From positions 107,172 to 171,171 of IMG/VR virus record IMGVR_UViG_650627007_000001: DNA of 64,000 bases. The stretch is one strand, 5' to 3'. A model generated the notes under the pieces. The model did not search any database and was not told the origin of the DNA. It was given only the letters and a program-made list of their open reading frames with translations. Both the position numbers and the translations under genes were made by a program. Source of the DNA: Chrysonvirus as5. Lineage: Duplodnaviria; Heunggongvirae; Uroviricota; Caudoviricetes; Straboviridae. Shown here piece after piece: positions 28,468 to 37,247 of the stretch (position 1 is its first letter; each line of letters starts with the position of its first letter).

Positions 28468-28698
28468 TTAGATAAATTCCAAATATTTGCCTGGGATGTC
28501 TTCAAACAGAGTGCCGCGAATTTCGAGCACATACCCTGTTTCAGTTTCTTCTACATCAAAAACGGTGCGCTCTCGGCTGTGATAGTGCATCGCATGAATG
28601 CCGTGAATACCAACAGCGGTGTAAAGATCGTCGCTTTCATCTGAACAAATGAATTGCTCGACATTGTTACCCGCAAACTGTTTGATCCGTGCTTTCAT
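28468..28698 (-). CDS. hypothetical protein (76 aa)
   Basis: trimmed to MKARIKQF. Confidence 0.4.
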   Translation of the reverse strand: MKARIKQFAGNNVEQFICSDESDDLYTAVGIHGIHAMHYHSRERTVFDVEETETGYVLEIRGTLFEDIPGKYLEFI

Positions 28699-29078
28699 TA
28701 ACGACCACTCCGAATTGCAATGAAACCGTAATAACCGTTTGCAGATGCTGGATTCATTGCCTTTTTCCAATCGCTAACGTGACCGCGAACATACTTAGAA
28801 GCAGCTTTCCAACTAGCGGCTTTCAGAATGTCGCCAGTAGTCATATCGACAAACCAGACAACACTTGCCGCGCTACCACTCCAATTGGACATTACGATCC
28901 GAGCATTCTTTTTGCCATACTCGACGCTGTACTTGTTACGGTTCAGGTTGTGTTCGAGGAAGGTTTTAACGTGTTCCTCGTCGTGTTCTTTGCGCATTCT
29001 AGGGACAACGATATCCCAATATTGATGCTCGCCGAATTCGTTCATTTCCTTAACCATTTGCTCGATAGCTGTTTTCAT
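28698..29078 (-). CDS. hypothetical protein (126 aa)
   Basis: trimmed to MKTAIEQM with GAGGATAAAATC RBS. Confidence 0.5.
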   Translation of the reverse strand: MKTAIEQMVKEMNEFGEHQYWDIVVPRMRKEHDEEHVKTFLEHNLNRNKYSVEYGKKNARIVMSNWSGSAASVVWFVDMTTGDILKAASWKAASKYVRGHVSDWKKAMNPASANGYYGFIAIRSGR

Positions 29079-29088
29079 GATTTTATCC

Positions 29089-29229
29089 TCAGAACAGAAC
29101 ACAAACAACGAAGGTGATAACACCAGCAACGATAACAGCGGCTTCCAGAGCATGATCTTTGATCATGTTAGCACGACGTTGTTTAGCCATACCTTCCCAC
29201 AGAGTCATTTCTTTTTTGCTGTTAAACAT
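29089..29229 (-). CDS. small membrane protein (46 aa, C-terminal TM helix)
   Basis: MFNSKKEMTLWEG..AAVIVAGVITFVVCVLF; conserved leader ACTGAGGAAAATATC-ATG; not in ORF track. Confidence 0.4.
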   Translation of the reverse strand: MFNSKKEMTLWEGMAKQRRANMIKDHALEAAVIVAGVITFVVCVLF

Positions 29230-29259
29230 GATATTTTCCTCAGTTCGTTGTTTCGTTTC

Positions 29260-29296
29260 GATGGGGCTATAATATCAGATCCAAACTATCGCGCAA
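29260..29296 (-). promoter_or_regulatory. PeSL-like early promoter cassette
   Basis: TTGCGC-16nt-TATTAT, agccccatcgaaacgaaacaacgaactgaggaa leader. Confidence 0.45.
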
Positions 29297-29303
29297 GCAC
29301 TTT

Positions 29304-29885
29304 TTACGGAATTTGATAATCTTTTTCGATTTCATCGAATTTAGATTTTACAGCTTCTTTCATTTCTTGATTATGAATCGGACAAGTCCGATCAACATGA
29401 TAGAACGGATCGCCTTTCGTGTGCTTCGGACAGGTGCATCCTGGTACATTGTATTCATGGAAAGATGCATCGAGATCGAAACCCCATAGAGCTTGCAAGC
29501 GGAATTCAATATCTTTCAGATCTGCAAGGATTTCCGCAATCGTTTCATTGTTGATATCTCGCAGTTTCGCAGCGGTATCCGCATCGTGCTTTGAATAATC
29601 TTTCTTTGAGTAGTAAACGAGATTCTCCATCGCACGTTTCCGCATGGTATGCAGTTTGCCGATTGCATGAATTGAGTCTTCATTCAGACCGCGATCCGTA
29701 GCGACTTTCATGTTTACAGTGGTGCGACTTTGCTTGAGTGAAAGAATCCATTCATCTTTCATCTTTTTCAAAAGATCCGCAACATGAGGTCGGTCTTTCG
29801 CTTCGAGCGCACCTAATCCTTTTATTACATCGGCATGGGTACGGGTAATGTGCCAAAGTTCGGCATCGGTAATAAGTCTTTTCAT
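29304..29885 (-). CDS. hypothetical protein with C-terminal Zn-ribbon-like CxCPxH..CPxH
   Basis: ORF trimmed to MKRLITD. Confidence 0.45.
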   Translation of the reverse strand: MKRLITDAELWHITRTHADVIKGLGALEAKDRPHVADLLKKMKDEWILSLKQSRTTVNMKVATDRGLNEDSIHAIGKLHTMRKRAMENLVYYSKKDYSKHDADTAAKLRDINNETIAEILADLKDIEFRLQALWGFDLDASFHEYNVPGCTCPKHTKGDPFYHVDRTCPIHNQEMKEAVKSKFDEIEKDYQIP

Positions 29886-30118
29886 TTCATACACTCCATA
29901 AACTCTTTTAACCAATCTTCGTGGCCACGCTCTCTGGCGTACTCCATGACATCTTCGCCACCGGCGACTATATGCCTATATACCGACTCAAGGAAGTGAT
30001 CCTCTTCACGAAGGCCGATGCTGGATTGCATTTTCAGATGCCAGTGAATACCGTCCCGCAACTCAGTCAAGTCTATATGATTCTGTTTCCAACGAAAAAC
30101 ACGACTTTGATTTTTCAT
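29882..30118 (-). CDS. hypothetical protein (78 aa)
   Basis: ORF. Confidence 0.45.
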   Translation of the reverse strand: MKNQSRVFRWKQNHIDLTELRDGIHWHLKMQSSIGLREEDHFLESVYRHIVAGGEDVMEYARERGHEDWLKEFMECMK

Positions 30119-30169
30119 GATTTCTCCTTAAGTTGAGGGCATTCTTACATGCCCTCCGTTCGTTGTCAA

Positions 30170-31078
30170 TTACTTACCGATATACCAAGCATAAACACTG
30201 TGGAAAGCGGAGCTTGCACTCTTACCGCCGCGAGCTTCGTATTCGGCGATGAAATCAGCTTTCATCTGAATCCCATCAGCCCAGATTTGATCTGCCAGCT
30301 TGGACGGCTTGTGACGTACAATCAGACCACTCGGTGCAGTGTGACGCTTGGCAGTGCTGGTAGTGTTAGCAGCAATCGGCATAACAGTAGCGGCAGGCTT
30401 AACAACAGCGACCTTAACAGCTTTAGCGATTGCAACTTTTTTCTGGGTAGCAACAACACCAGTTTTCACAGTATACGGAGCAACTTCGTTGGCGCGAGTC
30501 GGAACGGAAGTCATTGCAGTTTTTTCAACAACACCAACAAAGTTAGCTTTGGTCAGCGGACGCATAATGCCGTTTACTTCCACGCGATAGCTCTTGCCTT
30601 CTTGGATTTTGTTGTGACGTACTGGACCCAGCTTAACAACTTTACCGTGGACGTTGTATTCGTATTCAGCACAAGCAACTTCCAGCTGGTGATAAGTCTC
30701 GGAAGAGCCGTTCAGCATTGCGTGGATGAACTTCCAACGAGAGTCGTGGCCAGATTTGTTGCGCTGAACATAATCAACAATGTGCGCGATTTCGTGGCTA
30801 ACAGTTTCGTCCAGCAGATGCCACCAAGCTTTTTCGCTCATGATCATCATGTTTACGTTGAAGCGGATGGTGTATTTGCGAGAATCATAACCACCGAACT
30901 TAGAACCTACCATCTTAGCTTGACCAGCAGCGCGACCTTTCATGTTGAATTCAACTTTCAGGTTTTTGCCAATCACGAGGTCAACGTTGAAACATTCTTT
31001 CGCCAGAGCCAGATCATGAGCGATGCGAGCATTCAGAGCGGCGATGGCGTGTTGTTTCATTTCGATGGTAGTCAGCAT
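30170..31078 (-). CDS. SprT-like zinc metalloprotease domain protein with Lys/Ala-rich linker
   Basis: N-terminal WWHLLDETVSHEIAHIV (HExxH in SprT-like context); central KKVAIAKAVKVAVVKPAA low-complexity basic segment. Confidence 0.55.
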   Translation of the reverse strand: MLTTIEMKQHAIAALNARIAHDLALAKECFNVDLVIGKNLKVEFNMKGRAAGQAKMVGSKFGGYDSRKYTIRFNVNMMIMSEKAWWHLLDETVSHEIAHIVDYVQRNKSGHDSRWKFIHAMLNGSSETYHQLEVACAEYEYNVHGKVVKLGPVRHNKIQEGKSYRVEVNGIMRPLTKANFVGVVEKTAMTSVPTRANEVAPYTVKTGVVATQKKVAIAKAVKVAVVKPAATVMPIAANTTSTAKRHTAPSGLIVRHKPSKLADQIWADGIQMKADFIAEYEARGGKSASSAFHSVYAWYIGK

Positions 31079-31105
31079 GATGTTTTCCTCAGGTTGTTTC
31101 GTTTC

Positions 31106-31142
31106 GATGTGGCTATATTACCATATTCCAACACCAGTGCAA
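31106..31142 (-). promoter_or_regulatory. PeSL-like early promoter cassette
   Basis: TTGCAC-17nt-TAATAT. Confidence 0.45.
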
Positions 31143-31161
31143 GCACCTTTTCGAAAAAATT

Positions 31162-31187
31162 AAAAAAAAATCCCGCCGAAGCGGGAT
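31162..31187 (-). terminator. rho-independent terminator
   Basis: atcccgc-cgaa-gcgggat then TTTTTTTTTAATTTTTTCG on the minus strand. Confidence 0.6.
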
Positions 31188-31483
31188 TACTTATTTTTAG
31201 TTGCCATAACTAACAGTTTACGGAGTCTCGCACTGTCAATATGTGATTTCAACTCGTCGGCGATTTCCTCGGTATTATGTGATTCGCGATTTTTCATATA
31301 GGATTCAAAGACATCATTCACACTATCAAACCCACGGAATCGCTTGATTCGTCGTTCTGTGATCTTTCTAACCAGATATGATTCAAGACGCTCAAGACGG
31401 AAATCCACCTTTTCCATCATCACCGCGAATCCATACTTGATAAGAAACAGAATACCGACCAACTTATCATTATGTTTTTTCAT
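31187..31483 (-). CDS. hypothetical protein (98 aa, N-terminal hydrophobic segment)
   Basis: ORF downstream of SPFH gene. Confidence 0.5.
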   Translation of the reverse strand: MKKHNDKLVGILFLIKYGFAVMMEKVDFRLERLESYLVRKITERRIKRFRGFDSVNDVFESYMKNRESHNTEEIADELKSHIDSARLRKLLVMATKNK

Positions 31484-31500
31484 ACATCACCTTATAAGAA

Positions 31501-31520
31501 AAGAGGGCTTTCGCCCTCTT
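31501..31520 (-). terminator. hairpin/terminator
   Basis: aagagggc-tttc-gccctctt. Confidence 0.5.
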
Positions 31521-31525
31521 ATTGA

Positions 31526-32473
31526 TTACTGCATTTGTTTCAGAAACAGCGGAGCTTGACCTTGACCCATCAGAGTGAAGTTGGCAGGAACTTGACCGTT
31601 CCAACCAGCACCAGCTTGTTTCATTTGTACCTCAATTCGTTTCAGTTCAACGATTTGCGGAGTCAGAGAAGATGCCAGTTTGTTGTTACCGATCGCGGTC
31701 TGTTCAGCCATGTAACGTTCCGCATCAGCTTTCTGTTTTACACCATCAGCGTAAGCTTTGGCTTCAACGAAAGTTTTGTAAGCATTAGCTTCATACTTGG
31801 CTTTATCAGCAGCAGCTTGACCTTTAGCGGTTTCTTCGGTACGTTTCGCAGTAGTTTGAGCGATTCGCAGTTGAGATTTTTCCGCTTCTTCTTTCTGGAT
31901 TCGATCTTGAGTTTGCAGAATTTGGTTCTGGATACGCGGATCGAAAGTTACGTCCTGAATCAACACATCTTGCAGAGTGATACCAGTACCAGTCAATGCT
32001 TCTTGCAGACGACGCTTGGTATTCTCTTGCATTGCGGTTACATTGAAACTGTCAGCCAAGCCGCGAGAGTCGGAGATTTTACGACCTTCGTCTTTGATAA
32101 TGCTAGTCAGGAATTGAGACATCGCCTTATCAACGAACATTTCCATAGTACCGTAGTTCTTTTTGATGTACGGGGTTTTTGCGTTATCTACACGATACAG
32201 GACAGTAACATTAGCGGTGCTATTGAAACGGTCTTTTGTCGGCAGAAGCAAGTTTTCTTTAACAAACTTGTTGTTTCTGGTGTCGAACACATCAAAGCCC
32301 ATCATCGGGTTTACGAAGTGCAGGCCTTCTTCCAACGGTTTGTCTTGAACTTCACCCATGATGGTACCGACTTTGGTAGTACCAGCATCCACGATTGTGT
32401 AGCAGTTGAAGCCCAAGATCATGGCGAACAGAACACCAACTACCACACCACCCAGTTTAATCAAATCTTTCAC
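31526..32473 (-). CDS. SPFH/band-7 (stomatin/prohibitin/HflKC-like) membrane protein
   Basis: N-terminal TM (LGGVVVGVLFAMILGF), SPFH core, C-terminal Ala/Lys/Glu-rich coiled coil (QKEEAEKSQLRIAQTTAKRTEETAKGQAAADKAK). Confidence 0.75.
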   Translation of the reverse strand: MKDLIKLGGVVVGVLFAMILGFNCYTIVDAGTTKVGTIMGEVQDKPLEEGLHFVNPMMGFDVFDTRNNKFVKENLLLPTKDRFNSTANVTVLYRVDNAKTPYIKKNYGTMEMFVDKAMSQFLTSIIKDEGRKISDSRGLADSFNVTAMQENTKRRLQEALTGTGITLQDVLIQDVTFDPRIQNQILQTQDRIQKEEAEKSQLRIAQTTAKRTEETAKGQAAADKAKYEANAYKTFVEAKAYADGVKQKADAERYMAEQTAIGNNKLASSLTPQIVELKRIEVQMKQAGAGWNGQVPANFTLMGQGQAPLFLKQMQ

Positions 32474-32476
32474 TTA

Positions 32477-32818
32477 TCATTCCTTTTTGAATTCCTCCAA
32501 TACGGCATCAAAGTTTTCAACGTGGAATGCCGGGAGGCAACAGCTAAAGTTAGGCCGAACGAAATACTCGACCAGTTGATCGATAACCTTGTCGTTAAGA
32601 CGGAAGTTATCTTTTTCATATGTTTCCCATGCATCGCGGATCATTTTCTCGCTTACAGAGAAACACATATTCGTTACACCATACACTCGGGATTCAACAG
32701 TTTTACCATCCAGCAGCGCAATAAGATTTTGCACATTAGGAGAACTTACTTGATTTGCGCTAGTTGCGTTGTAGATTGCGCCAGCACGAATTTTCAGATT
32801 CATTGTTACGAAGTGCAT
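32477..32818 (-). CDS. hypothetical protein (113 aa)
   Basis: ORF. Confidence 0.5.
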   Translation of the reverse strand: MHFVTMNLKIRAGAIYNATSANQVSSPNVQNLIALLDGKTVESRVYGVTNMCFSVSEKMIRDAWETYEKDNFRLNDKVIDQLVEYFVRPNFSCCLPAFHVENFDAVLEEFKKE

Positions 32819-32900
32819 GATGTTTTCCTCATTCGTTATTTGATAGAGCCATTATCGCATGGCTCCGGGCGTTAGTCAACAAACTTTTTGATTTTGTTTA

Positions 32901-33338
32901 TTAACGGTCATCGTCCAGAACCATTTCATCTTCATAGTAATCATCCATTTCCAGCGGATAATCCCAATTCAGAGATTCGAAATTATGTTCACGTTTAGCA
33001 ATGTCGATACCGCATTGCTTGCACAGTTCACAATAACGTTCGGCGGCTTTCTTCTTGAAGAACAGACGGTGTTTGTTGTAACTGTTCTTCACACCGACGT
33101 TACAATCGGTCAGACTGAATTCGCTATTGTGTTTGCCGATTTTACCATCACTGAACACATAACCAGCGGGAACAAACAGAGAAATACTTTCGTCCAACGG
33201 CTTCGGGATATGTTTCCAGATATGAACTTGCGGACGATTGCGCACGATATACTTGGTAACAAAAGAGTTTTCGCCAAGAGCGTGAACATAGTAAACAGTT
33301 TTACCGGCTTTGATATTCTTTGCATTCATTTTTTTCAT
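32901..33338 (-). CDS. hypothetical protein (145 aa)
   Basis: ORF with GAGGAATAAATC leader. Confidence 0.5.
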   Translation of the reverse strand: MKKMNAKNIKAGKTVYYVHALGENSFVTKYIVRNRPQVHIWKHIPKPLDESISLFVPAGYVFSDGKIGKHNSEFSLTDCNVGVKNSYNKHRLFFKKKAAERYCELCKQCGIDIAKREHNFESLNWDYPLEMDDYYEDEMVLDDDR

Positions 33339-33402
33339 GATTTATTCCTCAGTTATTTGAACAGTGGAGAAAACAGTTGTTTTGTTTGACGTATCTCGTC
33401 TT

Positions 33403-33439
33403 GATGTGGTCATAATAACAGGTACTAGGACCACGTCAA
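33403..33439 (-). promoter_or_regulatory. PeSL-like early promoter cassette
   Basis: TTGACG-17nt-TATTAT. Confidence 0.45.
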
Positions 33440-33459
33440 GAACTTTTTTAATTTTTCGA

Positions 33460-33633
33460 TTATTTCATCGGAATACCAGAGAATCCATTTTCGCGATACA
33501 GAATCAGGATGCCGACAATAGTCAGACCCAGCAGCGCAAATTTAACCAGCGCATCGTACCAAGTATCACGGCCCCAAATCATGCCAAGCAGACCGAAGAT
33601 AATAGTGGAAACCCAAATTTGAAAAGCGATCAT
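33460..33633 (-). CDS. small membrane protein (57 aa, two TM segments)
   Basis: MIAFQIWVSTIIFGLLGMIWG..LLGLTIVGILILY; GAGGTATAAACC leader; not in ORF track. Confidence 0.4.
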   Translation of the reverse strand: MIAFQIWVSTIIFGLLGMIWGRDTWYDALVKFALLGLTIVGILILYRENGFSGIPMK

Positions 33634-33655
33634 GGTTTATACCTCAGTTTAGTTA

Positions 33656-33913
33656 TTAACGAGCCCAACCTGGCTTGTAGCATTCCCAAGTGATTTCGAT
33701 TCCACAATCATCCGCAATTTGTTTTGCGAGATCGTGAGCATCAACAATGCTATCCTCGAAATCTTCGAAAATTTCTTGACCAAAAACATCTTCCGCTTCA
33801 CCAGTAGCTTTTACGCCGTAGTGTTCTTCAACGACATCCTCGTCGTTTTCATCTTGATCCACTACTGCTTCATATGCGTAAATGATAACTTCGGTTTTGA
33901 TTTCTTTGGTCAT
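33656..33913 (-). CDS. highly acidic small protein (85 aa; DNA-mimic candidate)
   Basis: trimmed to MTKEIKTE; VVDQDENDEDVVEE..AEDVFGQEIFEDFEDS. Confidence 0.5.
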   Translation of the reverse strand: MTKEIKTEVIIYAYEAVVDQDENDEDVVEEHYGVKATGEAEDVFGQEIFEDFEDSIVDAHDLAKQIADDCGIEITWECYKPGWAR

Positions 33914-33934
33914 GATACTTTCCTCATTTGTCTT

Positions 33935-33971
33935 GATGTGGCCATAATAACACGGCCACACCATGAGTCAA
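33935..33971 (-). promoter_or_regulatory. PeSL-like early promoter cassette
   Basis: TTGACT-17nt-TATTAT, -10 inside gtggcc/ggccac hairpin. Confidence 0.5.
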
Positions 33972-34913
33972 TCACTTTTTGAAGAAATTTTTAATTTTTT
34001 CTTTGATGCCTATTTTCAACTGCGCCTCAAGAACACCATAAGCGGCTTCAATCATCGGCATTTGTTTCTTGTAAACATCAGTGCTATCGGTACCTGTGCC
34101 GGTTGCGTCTCGGACACGGGCTTTGAATTCACCAAGTCCGATTTGTCTTTGGCAACCAACGTTGATTACCACCTTTCGATCCCTGATATACATCGTAATG
34201 GTGCGAGATTTACCACCCATGCCAACGAGTTGATGATAGCTACCGAGTACGATATTATTGCATTCGTGTATGATTGTTTTGTTTGCGAGATTCACCCGCT
34301 CACCAATAACACACCGATCACCAATCGTGCTATTGTTTCCAATCAATACACAATTTTCGATTTTGCTATAAGACCGAATCGTACTAAATTCATGTATCGA
34401 AACTTTGTCACCAATGATACAGTCATTGGAAATGATGCATTGGCTAGAAATACGAGAATCCATACCAATATACGAACGTTGATTTATGATCGTTCTTTCA
34501 TCAATTCGAACACCGCGACGGATTATTACAGATGGACCAATAATAACATATCTGCGAATTCTGGAAGCATAGTATATTTTGGTATTGTTGTGGATTGTAA
34601 CACATTCGCCGATTTCGACATCATCTTGAATATTTACCTTGCTATCAATCTTGGTGCCTCTGCGAATAGTCACACAACCGCCGATAACGGACCCTTTTCC
34701 GATATATACATCTTCGCCGAATAGTACACTTCCACCAATAACAGCGTCATGATGCACCCAAAAGATCTCAGTTGTCTTCGGCAAATGACAAGACGCTGGA
34801 ATCACCGCACCAACATCGCCGGCTTTAACATCGATTATTTGAAATCTACACATCGCTGGAAAATCTACAAGTGCTTCCAGTCGACCTTGATCGTTAATCT
34901 TCCAATATTCCAT
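33972..34913 (-). CDS. hexapeptide-repeat (left-handed beta-helix) acyl/acetyltransferase-like protein
   Basis: 313 aa; tandem [LIV]GxxxxI-type hexapeptide repeats over most of the protein (IGKGSVIGGCVTI, IGECVTIHNNTKI, IGPSVIIRRGVRI, IGDKVSI, IGDRCVIGERVNL). Confidence 0.7.
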   Translation of the reverse strand: MEYWKINDQGRLEALVDFPAMCRFQIIDVKAGDVGAVIPASCHLPKTTEIFWVHHDAVIGGSVLFGEDVYIGKGSVIGGCVTIRRGTKIDSKVNIQDDVEIGECVTIHNNTKIYYASRIRRYVIIGPSVIIRRGVRIDERTIINQRSYIGMDSRISSQCIISNDCIIGDKVSIHEFSTIRSYSKIENCVLIGNNSTIGDRCVIGERVNLANKTIIHECNNIVLGSYHQLVGMGGKSRTITMYIRDRKVVINVGCQRQIGLGEFKARVRDATGTGTDSTDVYKKQMPMIEAAYGVLEAQLKIGIKEKIKNFFKK

Positions 34914-34922
34914 GATATCTCC

Positions 34923-35081
34923 TTATCGAATTGCTACGTTATGAATGCCAGTTAGTGCGCAAATAAGCGCAAAACAATTACGGTAGTATTGCGGTTCAGC
35001 GAAGAACATAGCACCACAAGCAACAATAGCAATCAGTACCATGAAGAACTTCGATACCCAAAGCTTATTGATTTCCATCAT
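34923..35081 (-). CDS. small membrane protein (52 aa)
   Basis: MMEINKLWVSKFFMVLIAIVACGAMFF; not in ORF track. Confidence 0.3.
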   Translation of the reverse strand: MMEINKLWVSKFFMVLIAIVACGAMFFAEPQYYRNCFALICALTGIHNVAIR

Positions 35082-35341
35082 AGATCCTTATCAATATCAG
35101 ACAACATCCGCAGATACTTTAGCACACTAGACTTTCGCCTGCAAGTGAATTCTACCGTAAATTTCATTTCGATGCTGTAATAAGTGGGCTTAGGGAATAT
35201 CCAATAAATCAGATGTCCAATTTCAAGCACAATACAATCTCGATATTTTTCAAACGTGTAACCAGCGGATTTCAACTCTTTAGCGAGTTCATCGCGGCGA
35301 CGCTTGATTATTCCATCGCGAATTTCAAACAGTGAGCGCAT
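35078..35341 (-). CDS. hypothetical protein (87 aa)
   Basis: ORF. Confidence 0.4.
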   Translation of the reverse strand: MRSLFEIRDGIIKRRRDELAKELKSAGYTFEKYRDCIVLEIGHLIYWIFPKPTYYSIEMKFTVEFTCRRKSSVLKYLRMLSDIDKDL

Positions 35342-35615
35342 TTAATTCGTCCATGATGTCCATGATTTGAAGATGCGAGCGAGCGATAAAAGAAACCTTA
35401 GTGCAATGATTTCGCTTATAACTGGAAGTGCTCACGATGTTGTTATCGGCAAGATAGTGGAAGAATCCAGCGATTTCTTGTGCTACCGCTTTATCTTGAA
35501 CTCGAACAGAAACAACAACACGACCACCGGCAATCTCCCGAACTTCCGAACAGAGAAACGCAAGTTTGCGACGGGTAAGATTATCGACTACCGCTTCCAA
35601 CAGTTGGAGTTTCAT
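35325..35615 (-). CDS. hypothetical protein (96 aa)
   Basis: trimmed to MKLQLLEAV. Confidence 0.4.
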   Translation of the reverse strand: MKLQLLEAVVDNLTRRKLAFLCSEVREIAGGRVVVSVRVQDKAVAQEIAGFFHYLADNNIVSTSSYKRNHCTKVSFIARSHLQIMDIMDELNALTV

Positions 35616-35785
35616 TACATAGTCTCCAAAACTTCGATGGTAGCTTGCAGGCTTTCGATCTCGGTTTCCCACACTGCGCGTTGATCTGCACCTTCCGGTG
35701 TCCACTCACCGACATAAGATGCTTCAATTTTGCCGTTGATAACCATGATCTTTTCTGCCAGTGCTTTGATTGCGGTGCTATGCAT
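35615..35785 (-). CDS. hypothetical protein (56 aa)
   Basis: trimmed to MHSTAIKA after GAGGAAATCATC leader. Confidence 0.4.
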   Translation of the reverse strand: MHSTAIKALAEKIMVINGKIEASYVGEWTPEGADQRAVWETEIESLQATIEVLETM

Positions 35786-35832
35786 GATGATTTCCTCAGT
35801 TGTTTTGTTTCGCGATAATTCGCTTTTGTTTC

Positions 35833-35869
35833 GATGTGGACATATTATCAGGTCCATATCAAGCGTCAA
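35833..35869 (-). promoter_or_regulatory. PeSL-like early promoter cassette
   Basis: TTGACG-17nt-TAATAT. Confidence 0.5.
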
Positions 35870-35881
35870 CTACTTTTTGAC

Positions 35882-36109
35882 TTAATCCAAATAAATTTTT
35901 GGACCGTAGTGTTCGAATCCTTCGGTAATCAGATAGTCAATATGACGACCATCTAACGTCTTTGCAGACCAGGTCCATTGACCTGTTTCGCTACGAGTCG
36001 GAATTGTTTCGCAGATGCAAACAATCTCCTGACCATAACCACATTCAACGAATGTGGTACCGACTTGCAGCTTCTTTACAACGTTTTCAATCCGACTCAT
36101 TTCAGCCAC
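35882..36109 (-). CDS. hypothetical protein (75 aa)
   Basis: ORF. Confidence 0.45.
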   Translation of the reverse strand: MAEMSRIENVVKKLQVGTTFVECGYGQEIVCICETIPTRSETGQWTWSAKTLDGRHIDYLITEGFEHYGPKIYLD

Positions 36110-36333
36110 CCTTGTTTGTCAAGCAGTTTTGCGGCATCCCGAACATATTCGATGCTCGGAGCAACACATTCAGGGACACCATATACCATGGCGTGTCGCA
36201 AAACCTTGTCCATCGCACCAGGCAAATTGTTGTTGTAGATAGCAGAAACAGGATCTACCAACGGACGATTTTTGAAAACGGTTGCCAACAGAATCGCGTT
36301 TACATGATCTTTCGTGTCTTGCCAATGACTCAT
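36097..36333 (-). CDS. hypothetical protein (78 aa)
   Basis: ORF. Confidence 0.45.
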   Translation of the reverse strand: MSHWQDTKDHVNAILLATVFKNRPLVDPVSAIYNNNLPGAMDKVLRHAMVYGVPECVAPSIEYVRDAAKLLDKQGWLK

Positions 36334-36521
36334 TAGATTACCTCACAGTAGTTAAGCAGAAAGTAGGACAGAGCAAAGAAAGGAATCATTGCAGTGAGAC
36401 CAACGATTGCACGTTTAATCGTATCTTGTTCGTCCCATATTTCCAAGAAAGAAACAACACCAATGCCGTAAATTACATTGACAAGCGTCAGCCCCAGTGC
36501 GATTACTTCTTGATTCGTCAT
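36333..36521 (-). CDS. small membrane protein (62 aa)
   Basis: two hydrophobic segments. Confidence 0.45.
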   Translation of the reverse strand: MTNQEVIALGLTLVNVIYGIGVVSFLEIWDEQDTIKRAIVGLTAMIPFFALSYFLLNYCEVI

Positions 36522-36540
36522 GATTACTTTCCTCGTTTCG

Positions 36541-36645
36541 TTATGGCACCATAGTATCAGAATCGGATACTACGTCAACCTCTTTTTCAAAAATTTTGCG
36601 TTCTTCTTCGCACATAGTTTCTGGGTCTTTGTATACAATTTCCAT
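36541..36645 (-). CDS. possible micro-ORF (34 aa, acidic)
   Basis: ATG with TGGAGAAAACT RBS just downstream of a terminator; weak. Confidence 0.2.
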   Translation of the reverse strand: MEIVYKDPETMCEEERKIFEKEVDVVSDSDTMVP

Positions 36646-36657
36646 AGTTTTCTCCAA

Positions 36658-36681
36658 ATAAAAAGCCCGCCGTAGCGGGCT
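36658..36681 (-). terminator. rho-independent terminator
   Basis: agcccgc-cgta-gcgggct then TTTTTATTTGG on the minus strand. Confidence 0.55.
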
Positions 36682-37247
36682 TATCTCATTAAAACGATAT
36701 CCGTTAGACTTTCGCCCAACGTCAATTCAGCTTCTTCAATCCAATCAGACGTTTCCGGCATGTCATAGAATTGATCTTTACTTTCGAAAATAGCTTGCTT
36801 CTGTCCCATCTCGGTACGCTTCTTAGACTGAAACCCTTTAGTTCCCTTAGGGTAAACAGTAGCGATCTCGATCTGACGATTCTTAACACGACCAGCAACA
36901 CTAATGTCCATGCTGTTCGAGTGGAACATAAATTGACCAGTTCTGATCTTTGCGTCTTCAACATAATGAGCAATTTTTCGGTAGAATGCTTTCCACTCTT
37001 CCGGTGTTACATCATTGCGACGCTGGGCAGCTCGCGCTTGCGCGTGAATAGAACTCATGAAATCATAAACGCCAACTTTCATCTTGGTAGAAAGCTTAGA
37101 ACGTTTTGATAACTCGAATTCCTGCTCTTTCGTCAGTTCGACGACTTGGTTTTTACTCTTTGCATATACAGGCTTTTTCTGGTCTTTCTCCAGTTGTTCA
37201 TCGCCCGGCATATGACTTTCTGCTAGAAACTCAGCCAGCGTTTTCAT
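36681..37247 (-). CDS. hypothetical protein (188 aa)
   Basis: ORF. Confidence 0.5.
   Translation of the reverse strand: MKTLAEFLAESHMPGDEQLEKDQKKPVYAKSKNQVVELTKEQEFELSKRSKLSTKMKVGVYDFMSSIHAQARAAQRRNDVTPEEWKAFYRKIAHYVEDAKIRTGQFMFHSNSMDISVAGRVKNRQIEIATVYPKGTKGFQSKKRTEMGQKQAIFESKDQFYDMPETSDWIEEAELTLGESLTDIVLMR

Noticed and set aside
30149-31213. Long plus-strand ORFs (30149..31213, 31535..32875, 33963..34724, 56694..57296, 57426..58136, 58152..58943, 507..1130 and many shorter ones)
   Set aside because: They lie antisense to well-supported minus-strand genes (SprT-like, SPFH, LbH, NadV, OMP, gp43). They have low-complexity Ser/Phe/Leu-rich compositions, no RBS and no recognisable motifs: classic shadow ORFs of a single-strand-coded phage genome.
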